This document shows positions 57,232 to 64,000 of a stretch of DNA of 64,000 bases, piece by piece. The DNA lies in contig JBFGJG010000005.1 in assembly GCA_041577295.1 (NCBI GenBank), positions 32,001 to 96,000 on the forward strand, written 5' to 3'. The notes beneath the pieces were generated by a model that was not told the origin of the DNA, ran no database searches, and saw only the letters and a program-made list of their open reading frames with translations. The translations under genes were made by a program, and so were the position numbers. Every line of letters starts with the position of its first letter. The first letter of the stretch is position 1. The DNA comes from Gemmatimonadales bacterium (GTDB lineage: Bacteria; Gemmatimonadota; Gemmatimonadetes; Gemmatimonadales; GWC2-71-9).

Positions 57232-59928
57232 CTAGGCGGCCTCGGTCGCGAAGATGTGCTGGAGATCCTGCGCGGTCCGCACGTGCTTACGCGCTTCGTG
57301 GGCATAGCGGCTGGAGGGATGCTCGGCGATGACCCGATGCCACTGCAGGACAGCGTCTCCGTACCGCCGGAGCCGCGCCAGGGCCACCCCCTCGAAGAAC
57401 CGGGCGGCCGCATGCCCGTCGTCGAATGCCAGGACACGGCGGAACGCGTTGAGCGCATCCACGGGGCGATCATCGTCGAGGAGCGCGTGCCCGAGAGCCA
57501 GCAGGGTGTCGACGTCGGAGGGATCACTGGCGAGGGTGTCGACCAAGAGGTTGACCGCCGCCCGGGCTCTCTCCGTGCGACGGTACAGACCGGCCAGCGC
57601 CAGCGCGGCGTCGATATAGGTCGGCAATGCGTCGAGCGCTCGGCGGTAACACGTCTCGGCATCGTCGTGATTGCCGCGTGCCTCGTGCACCCGCCCCAGA
57701 TCGACCCGCACCTGTACAATGCGCGGGTCGAGTGCTAACGCCGCCCGGTACGAGCTCTCGGCCAATTCGAGGTCGCCCATCCGCATACCGACGTCTCCCT
57801 CGAGCTTGAGGATGTCGGCGCGTTGCGGCGCGCGTCGACGCGCGTCACGCAGTGACTCGAGTGCGGCCGCTGGGTTGCCGGCCGACAGCTGTGACTCGGC
57901 GAACGCCACCAGCACCTCGACGTCGTCCGGCCGGTCGCGGGCGAGCGCCCCCGCGTCACCCACGGCTTCGCGTCCACGCCCGAGTGACAGCAGAGAGCGT
58001 ACGATCCCGAGACGCACTTCAGCGCGATCGGGCGCAAGCTGTTGGGCGGCCCGGTATCGCTCGAGCGCTTCCCCGTGTAAACCTCGATGATGGAAGATCT
58101 CGCCCGCGAGCACATGAGCATCTACTTGGTCCGCCCCGCGTCCCAGCGCGCGGTTCACCTCCGCGGCGGCGAGGTCAAGGAGGCCCTTGTGCAGATAGTC
58201 CCGTGCGAGACCGAGGGGATCGGAGGGGCTCACCTCCGACGGTGGCGGCTCCCGTTGGAGCTCGGAGAACAGGTCGTCCAGCATCGCCCGGTCGAACTCA
58301 AACGGCTGTCCCGCAAGCTCGGCTGCAATCTCGCCCGAGATCTCCGGTACCACGGCAATAGTCGACGACTCGTATTGCAAATCGATCGCAAGCTGAAATT
58401 TTTGCGGGACGTAATAGGGGTCGAGGGTTTGGGCACGACTCACGGCCCGCAGTGCCCCCTCATAGTCACCCAACTGTGACAACGCAAAGCTGAGGTTGTA
58501 GTGAGCCTCGGCGTTATCGGGGTCGGTCTCCACCGCCCGAGCGAACGCGTTCCGCGCATCATCGATGCGTCCGAGTTCGGTGAGGACCCATCCGATGCCG
58601 TTCCACGCCGGAGCCGAGTCGCGATCGACAGCCAGCGCTTGGCGAAACGCCTGGACGGCGTGCTGGTGGCGCGCCAGACGAAGGAGCAGCAGGCCAAGGT
58701 TGAGTTGGGCGGTGAGAAACCTCGGGTGCGTGCGGAGTGCGTCGCGGAGCGCGCCGACGGCTGCCTCGTGTTCCCCGGTTTGCGCCAGGGTAATGGCGAG
58801 GTTGTTCCTCGCCAACGGGTAGTCCCCGGACGCGGCGTTGGCTCGCTCGTACGAATCGCGCGCCTCGGAAAACCTCCCCATCTGGTGGAGCACAACACCT
58901 CGTTCGTTCCACACCTTGGGATCTTCCAAGCGCTGCTCAGCCAGCGTCTCGTACAATTCAAGCGCGCCGGGGAAGTCACGCTTCAAGAGGTGCACTTCGG
59001 CCATTGCTTGCAGCACCAACGAGCGGTCCGCGCCACCATCGAGCGCGAGTCGATACTCCCGCAGGGCCTCGGGGTAGTACCCCTGCTGCCGAAAGGCGAG
59101 GCCGAGGTTGAAGTGGGCGAGACCCGCGGCACCCTCGACGGGTTGCGTATGCTCGGCCGAAACCCGCGAGACCCGTTTCCGCTCCGCCTTGAAGCGTTCC
59201 AGCGACAGGTTCGTCTGCGCTCGCGCGAACGTGGGGTTGAGCTGAATGGCCCGTTTGGTGGCGGCGCGTGCTTCGTCGTGGTGCCCGAGATCGCCCAGGA
59301 CAAAGGCGAGTTGGTAGTAGGCTTCGGCGTTGTCGGGTGCCAGCTCCGTCGCGCGTTCCAGGGCCGCTCGCGCATCGGCGTTGAGCCCTCGGTTGTACAG
59401 CACTTCACCGAGGTAGAGGTGGATGACGCTGCTCGACGGATCCAGTTCCTGTGCCCGCTCGAGCGCCGTCGTCGCGCCTTCGAGCTTGCCCCTGCTCTTT
59501 TCGATCAGCGCAATCTGGATGAGCGCGGTGATGTCGTTGGGCTCACGCGCCAAGATGGCCTCGTACTGCTCCAAGGCCTCTTCCGCTTCCCCCAAAGCCG
59601 CGTACGCGCGCGCGAGCTCGCGCCGCGCGGTGCGATCGTCGGCGTCGACCTGTAGGCGTTCCCGGAGCTCTGCCACACGCCTGTCGTAGTAGCCGGTCTC
59701 CGTGTAGGCGAGCTCCAGGTTCCGTTGGGCCACCTGCATCTTGGCGTCCAACTCAAGCGCCTTGGAGAACTGTTCGATGGCTTCCGGAACGAGTCCCCGT
59801 TCGAAGTAGAGCACGCCGAGGTTGTTGTGTGCGCCCGCATCGGAGGGATCGATGCGCCGAGCCAACGACCGGAGTGTGCTCCGGTCCTTGGCCGAAAGCT
59901 CTGGAGGAGCAATGACGTCAGGCGACAC
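57232..59928 (-). CDS. Large cytoplasmic TPR-repeat protein (about 900 aa)
   Basis: Many canonical TPRs (AHNNLGVLY, AYYQLAFVLG, AHFNLGLAF, AWNGIG, AHYNLS); no signal peptide; start taken as GTG 59928. Confidence 0.88.
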   Translation of the reverse strand: MSPDVIAPPELSAKDRSTLRSLARRIDPSDAGAHNNLGVLYFERGLVPEAIEQFSKALELDAKMQVAQRNLELAYTETGYYDRRVAELRERLQVDADDRTARRELARAYAALGEAEEALEQYEAILAREPNDITALIQIALIEKSRGKLEGATTALERAQELDPSSSVIHLYLGEVLYNRGLNADARAALERATELAPDNAEAYYQLAFVLGDLGHHDEARAATKRAIQLNPTFARAQTNLSLERFKAERKRVSRVSAEHTQPVEGAAGLAHFNLGLAFRQQGYYPEALREYRLALDGGADRSLVLQAMAEVHLLKRDFPGALELYETLAEQRLEDPKVWNERGVVLHQMGRFSEARDSYERANAASGDYPLARNNLAITLAQTGEHEAAVGALRDALRTHPRFLTAQLNLGLLLLRLARHQHAVQAFRQALAVDRDSAPAWNGIGWVLTELGRIDDARNAFARAVETDPDNAEAHYNLSFALSQLGDYEGALRAVSRAQTLDPYYVPQKFQLAIDLQYESSTIAVVPEISGEIAAELAGQPFEFDRAMLDDLFSELQREPPPSEVSPSDPLGLARDYLHKGLLDLAAAEVNRALGRGADQVDAHVLAGEIFHHRGLHGEALERYRAAQQLAPDRAEVRLGIVRSLLSLGRGREAVGDAGALARDRPDDVEVLVAFAESQLSAGNPAAALESLRDARRRAPQRADILKLEGDVGMRMGDLELAESSYRAALALDPRIVQVRVDLGRVHEARGNHDDAETCYRRALDALPTYIDAALALAGLYRRTERARAAVNLLVDTLASDPSDVDTLLALGHALLDDDRPVDALNAFRRVLAFDDGHAAARFFEGVALARLRRYGDAVLQWHRVIAEHPSSRYAHEARKHVRTAQDLQHIFATEAA

Positions 59929-60538
59929 GGATCGCGTCAAAGATGGCCCGTAACGCCGCCAGGTCTGGCAGCAACAGGAAATGCCCCTTGAGCGATTTGT
60001 CCGCCTCTTGAAAGTGAAAATCGCTCTCGACACAAAACACGACGTCGCGATCGGAACCAAACCCCACGATCGCCGTCGACACCACGGCGGCCGCCTGGTC
60101 GATCACGAGGGACGGCACCGAGGGCAGCAGCATCATGCCCATGAAGTCCGAGAGGGCATTCATGTAGGCACCCCCGAGAATGTTGCCCGCCTCTTTGATC
60201 GCCGACTGCTCGAGCTCTCCGAACTCCGTGGTGGTGCCTGGCGTGCGGCGCAAGAGGAGGTCGCACAGGAGCCGAGCGTTGGCGTCCGGCAGCACGAGCA
60301 GGGTGCGTCCGGTGAGATCTCCGAGCATCCGCATCAGCACCGCCGCCACGACGTCCTCCGGATCGTCCAGCATCTCGGGCACTTCTTCGATGCGACGCAC
60401 CTCGATCTCCGGGACGCTGATCATGATTCGACGCTCGGTGAGCTGTGACAGCGCAGTGGCAGCGTGACCCGCACCGATCGTCGCCACCTCACGCACCGCG
60501 TCCAATTGGAGGGCCTTCAGCTCGGTAAGTTCATCCAT
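59918..60538 (-). CDS. cheC: CheC-family CheY-P phosphatase (alternative start 60583)
   Basis: LDAVREVATIGAGHAATALSQL, ISVPE, SAIKEAGNILGGAYMNALSDF and LPSVP. Confidence 0.94.
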   Translation of the reverse strand: MDELTELKALQLDAVREVATIGAGHAATALSQLTERRIMISVPEIEVRRIEEVPEMLDDPEDVVAAVLMRMLGDLTGRTLLVLPDANARLLCDLLLRRTPGTTTEFGELEQSAIKEAGNILGGAYMNALSDFMGMMLLPSVPSLVIDQAAAVVSTAIVGFGSDRDVVFCVESDFHFQEADKSLKGHFLLLPDLAALRAIFDAIRVA

Positions 60539-60587
60539 TCGTCGAATCTCCTCGTAAGACCCTTCCCCTGTCGTCGTTGCCATCGAG

Positions 60588-62450
60588 TCAGACCAATCCG
60601 CCCGCATCCAGAATGAGCGCCGGCGTACCGTCGGCCAAGATAGTCGCGCCACTGAAGATGGGCATGGTACCACGCGGCGCATCGAACGTCTTCACGACGA
60701 TCTCCTGCTGGCCCGTCATGCGGTCGACCACGAGCCCGGTGCGCCGCTCGCCAATCTCGATAATGATGACCGGGCGCTGAGGTGGCGGGGACGCGTCGGT
60801 TCCGACCAGCCGGCGCAGGTCAACCAACGGGATTACGCGGTCGCGGAACCACAACGCATCGCGGCCGTCCATCTGGGTGATGGCGGCGGGATCCAGCTCG
60901 AGCGCTTCGGCCACGTGCGTGATGGGGAGCGCGAAGCGTTCATCTCCCACCTGCGCGACGAGGGCGTGCAGGATGGCGAGGCTCGTGGGCAAGCGGAGCG
61001 TGAACGTTGTACCTTCTGCCGGCTTGCTGCGGATCTCGAGCGTGCCTCCCAGCGCCCGGAGACGGCTGGCAACCACATCGATGCCCACACCGCGGCCGGA
61101 AACGTCGGAGACGCGCTCCGCGGTGCTGAACCCCGAACGGGCCAACACGCGCACCAGCAGGTCGTCGGGAAGACTGTCCTGATCCGGCGCGACGGTGCCG
61201 ACTCGCTTCGCGTCGGCCAGCACCCGCTCGCGATCAATGCCGCGGCCGTCGTCGCTCACCCTGATGGCAATGGTGGCGCGCTCGCGCATCGCACTGAGCA
61301 CGAGGGTTCCTTCAGCCGCTTTGCCGGCCGCCGACCGTTCTTCCGCTGACTCAATCCCATGATCGACGGCATTGCGTATCAGATGGACGAGGGGATCGCC
61401 AATCTCGTCCAGGATCGCGCGGTCCAACTCGATGTCCTTTCCTTCGATGCGCAGCGCCACACGTTTGCCAAGCTGTCGCGCGAGATCGCGCACCAACCGC
61501 GGAAAGCGATCGAACACCTGCCACACCGGTGTCATCCGGGCTTCGAGTATCTCGGTCTGCAGCTCCGTTGCCAAACGGGAGATTTTGAGGGAGACGTCCT
61601 CCAGATCCGGGTCGGCACGTGCCGCTGTCAACTCCGCCAAGCGACCTCGCGCCGTCACGAGCTCTCCGATACGGCTCATCAGGCCATCGAGACGCCGCAG
61701 ATCAACACGCATGTGGCGCGTGCGACCGATCGCTTGGGCACCGCGCTCCTTTTCTTCCTCACCAAAGTCGACGCGATCAACATCACCTACTTGGCGAATG
61801 GCGTGGAGAAGGATCTCCTCCGTGGCATCGGTGTCGATGCGACAGGCGAACCGGCCGTCGAAGTCGTCTCGCTCGAAGGCAATGGCGGCCGGCTGGACCG
61901 AATGCACGCTCCCGAGTCGCGCCAGCTCGCGGAGGATCAGCGTCGCCCGAGCACCTTTGAGCGGCGCCTCTGCGCGCAACACGACGCGAATCGGCCGGCC
62001 TGCCTCCGCAACCATGCCGAGCATCGGGCCGGACGGTCGAGCACCCGGCAACCGGGCAACCGTGCGTTCCATGACGCCTGCCGCGCGATCGATGGCCTGT
62101 ACGACCGGCAGGGTGTCGACGTCGCGATCTCGTCCACCCACCGCCGCCTCCGACATCTGCTCCAACACATCCGCCGCTCGAAACAGAAGCTCGAGACTCT
62201 CCTCCGTGGGCGTCTGTTGGCTGCGGCGCAGCAGGTCCAAGAGATTCTCGGTGCTGTGTGCCAGCTCCGCGACCTTGTCGTAGCCCATCGACGCCGCCAT
62301 CCCTTTGATCGTATGCACTGCGCGAAAGATCTCGACGACGGGCTCGGTCGCGTCCGGGTCCCGCTCCCAGTCGAGCAGTAGTCGGTTAAAGGTGGCGAGG
62401 TGGTCGCGAGTCTCCGCGAGGAAGAGCTCGGCGTACTGCGGAAGGTCCAT
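60588..62450 (-). CDS. cheA: Chemotaxis histidine kinase CheA
   Basis: Hpt FRAVHTIKG, P2 domain, HLIRNAVDHGIE, DDGRG, GFST...VSGRGVG and a CheW-like P5 domain. Confidence 0.97.
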   Translation of the reverse strand: MDLPQYAELFLAETRDHLATFNRLLLDWERDPDATEPVVEIFRAVHTIKGMAASMGYDKVAELAHSTENLLDLLRRSQQTPTEESLELLFRAADVLEQMSEAAVGGRDRDVDTLPVVQAIDRAAGVMERTVARLPGARPSGPMLGMVAEAGRPIRVVLRAEAPLKGARATLILRELARLGSVHSVQPAAIAFERDDFDGRFACRIDTDATEEILLHAIRQVGDVDRVDFGEEEKERGAQAIGRTRHMRVDLRRLDGLMSRIGELVTARGRLAELTAARADPDLEDVSLKISRLATELQTEILEARMTPVWQVFDRFPRLVRDLARQLGKRVALRIEGKDIELDRAILDEIGDPLVHLIRNAVDHGIESAEERSAAGKAAEGTLVLSAMRERATIAIRVSDDGRGIDRERVLADAKRVGTVAPDQDSLPDDLLVRVLARSGFSTAERVSDVSGRGVGIDVVASRLRALGGTLEIRSKPAEGTTFTLRLPTSLAILHALVAQVGDERFALPITHVAEALELDPAAITQMDGRDALWFRDRVIPLVDLRRLVGTDASPPPQRPVIIIEIGERRTGLVVDRMTGQQEIVVKTFDAPRGTMPIFSGATILADGTPALILDAGGLV

Positions 62451-62452
62451 GC

Positions 62453-62815
62453 CTATCCGAGAACCCGTTGCACGGCCTCAAGCACTCTAGACGGCTGGAA
62501 GGGTTTCACAACAAAGTCTTTGGCGCCCGCTTGGATGGCTTCCACCACGAGGGCCTGCTGTCCCATGGCACTGCACATCAACACGCGGGCGTTGGGATCG
62601 AACTTCATGATCTCCCGCACTGCATCGATCCCGCCCATATCCGGCATCACGATGTCCATCGTGACGAGGTCCGGCGTGAGTTGCTTGTACTTTTCGACCG
62701 CCTCGAGTCCAGTTTCGGCCTCGCCAATCACATCGTAGCCTGCTTGGCTGAGGATATCACTGATCATGGTTCGCATAAAAATGGCATCGTCACAGACGAG
62801 CACTGAATGGCTCAC
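62453..62815 (-). CDS. cheY: CheY response regulator
   Basis: VCDDAIFMR, DLVTMDIVMP, MCSAMGQQ and DFVVKPF. Confidence 0.96.
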   Translation of the reverse strand: MSHSVLVCDDAIFMRTMISDILSQAGYDVIGEAETGLEAVEKYKQLTPDLVTMDIVMPDMGGIDAVREIMKFDPNARVLMCSAMGQQALVVEAIQAGAKDFVVKPFQPSRVLEAVQRVLG

Positions 62816-62824
62816 ACACCCTCC

Positions 62825-63259
62825 CTAGGATGGAAACATGGGACCGAGGAGCGCTTCGAAATCGAGAAGCACAAACGAGAGGTCCGCTCGCCGTCCGATG
62901 GCGCGGACCACGGCCGGGTCGACTCCCGGTAACCGGTCGCGGTCAGCCAGGTCGGCGGCGGGAACCGCGATGAGGTCGATTACCTCGTCCACGACGAACC
63001 CCACCGTGCGGGGACCGACGTCGAGCAGCACAATCGGCCCTGCCGTGTCACTCGACCCGCGGCCGAGGGCCCGGCGTCCATCCACCAACGTGACCAGGTT
63101 GCCCCGCACGTTGATAAGCCCCTTCACCGGCGCGGGAGCCCCTGGGACCCGGGTCGCTGGCAGTGCCGATACGATCTCTCGGACGGTTGCGGCCTCGGCC
63201 GCACAGGCTTGATCGGCCACCCGAAAAATGAGCAGCCGGACGCCGGAAAAATCGGCCAT
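62825..63259 (-). CDS. cheW: CheW adaptor
   Basis: VREIV...TRVPGAPAPVKGLINVRGNLVTLVD...VGFVVDEV. Confidence 0.9.
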   Translation of the reverse strand: MADFSGVRLLIFRVADQACAAEAATVREIVSALPATRVPGAPAPVKGLINVRGNLVTLVDGRRALGRGSSDTAGPIVLLDVGPRTVGFVVDEVIDLIAVPAADLADRDRLPGVDPAVVRAIGRRADLSFVLLDFEALLGPMFPS

Positions 63260-63260
63260 C

Positions 63261-64000
63261 TTATTTGAAGAAGCCAAGATAGTCTAGGGCGTTTGGCCGA
63301 GCAAGCAGTTCTCGGTTCTGTGTCGCGACAGCCAGGCTCTCTCGAAGATCTTCCGGCCACTCGGAGCGGTATTCGACTGTCTCCTGGGTCTCGGGATGGC
63401 GGAATCGCAGCAGTGCGGCGTGAAGCGCTTGAGGGGGGGTGGCGGACTCGAGGGCGCGGGCGGCCGGTTGCAACCAGCCCGTCACGCGGCGGGCACCACC
63501 ACCGCCGTACACGGGATCGCCAATCACGGGGTGTCCGATGTGTGCCAGGTGAACGCGGATCTGGTGGGTTCGACCGGTCGCCAGACGCACACGAACCAGA
63601 TCACAGATCTCGAAGCGCGCGCACGGCTCGACCACCGTCTGTGCGGCGCGGCCAGTGGCGAGAACGGCCATGCGCTTGCGGTCCTTTGGGTGCCGTCCCA
63701 CGGGGGCATCGATCTCGCGCCGCTCGGGGAGATGTCCCCAGATCAAGGCGGCGTAGATGCGTTCGACGTGCCGCCCTGCGATGGCGCGGGTCAATCGGCG
63801 ATGCGCCCTGTCGGACTTGGCCACAACGATCAATCCCGAGGTGTCCTTGTCCAGCCGATGGACCAGGCCGGGACGACCGCTCTCCGGTTGGGCGAGCGGT
63901 GTGTTTCGCGCCACGAGCGCGTTGAGTAGCGTATCGTCCCAGTGCCCTGGGGCGGGATGCACGACCAACCCGGCGGGCTTGTCGAGCACCAGCAGCGACT
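63261..64000 (-). CDS. RluA/RluD-family pseudouridine synthase (5' end outside window)
   Basis: DKPAGLVVHP, VHRLDKDTSG, TGRTHQIRVHL, GDPVYG and LHAALL. Confidence 0.95.
   Translation of the reverse strand, partial: SLLVLDKPAGLVVHPAPGHWDDTLLNALVARNTPLAQPESGRPGLVHRLDKDTSGLIVVAKSDRAHRRLTRAIAGRHVERIYAALIWGHLPERREIDAPVGRHPKDRKRMAVLATGRAAQTVVEPCARFEICDLVRVRLATGRTHQIRVHLAHIGHPVIGDPVYGGGGARRVTGWLQPAARALESATPPQALHAALLRFRHPETQETVEYRSEWPEDLRESLAVATQNRELLARPNALDYLGFFK

Overview
High-GC bacterial chromosomal window. Gene content and order suggest Gemmatimonadota, which is an inference and was not checked against a database. Almost all of the ~60 genes are on the minus strand and tightly coupled; only mazG and phhB are on the plus strand. 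1-18.2 kb is a mixed housekeeping run: ribE, ribD, purM, PfkB kinase, argS, FmdB-like, methylmalonyl-CoA mutase N-terminal subunit, fbp, comEC, ComFB-like, miaB, mtaB, a beta-barrel/lipoprotein pair, an orphan EutN/CcmL microcompartment vertex gene, cdd, deoB and alr. 18.3-27.7 kb holds mazG, asnS, phhB, recG, ftsY, a membrane protein, a HisA-like barrel and an M23 peptidase. 27.7-42.9 kb is the dcw cluster, with no mraZ, murB or ddl. tRNA-Asp and tRNA-Val flank a secreted TPR gene. The most interesting part is 46-63.3 kb: a receptor-less, F1/Dif-like chemosensory operon (cheW, cheY, cheA, cheC ... cheR, cheD, cheB, cheW, cheW) split by an inserted polarity-type module. That module comprises an MglA GTPase, three roadblock-domain proteins, two DUF4388/TPR paralogues with MshEN-like c-di-GMP motifs, a large TPR protein, and a tandem double-DnaA AAA+ protein with no DNA-binding domain. 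I saw no CRISPR array, transposase, integrase or rRNA.
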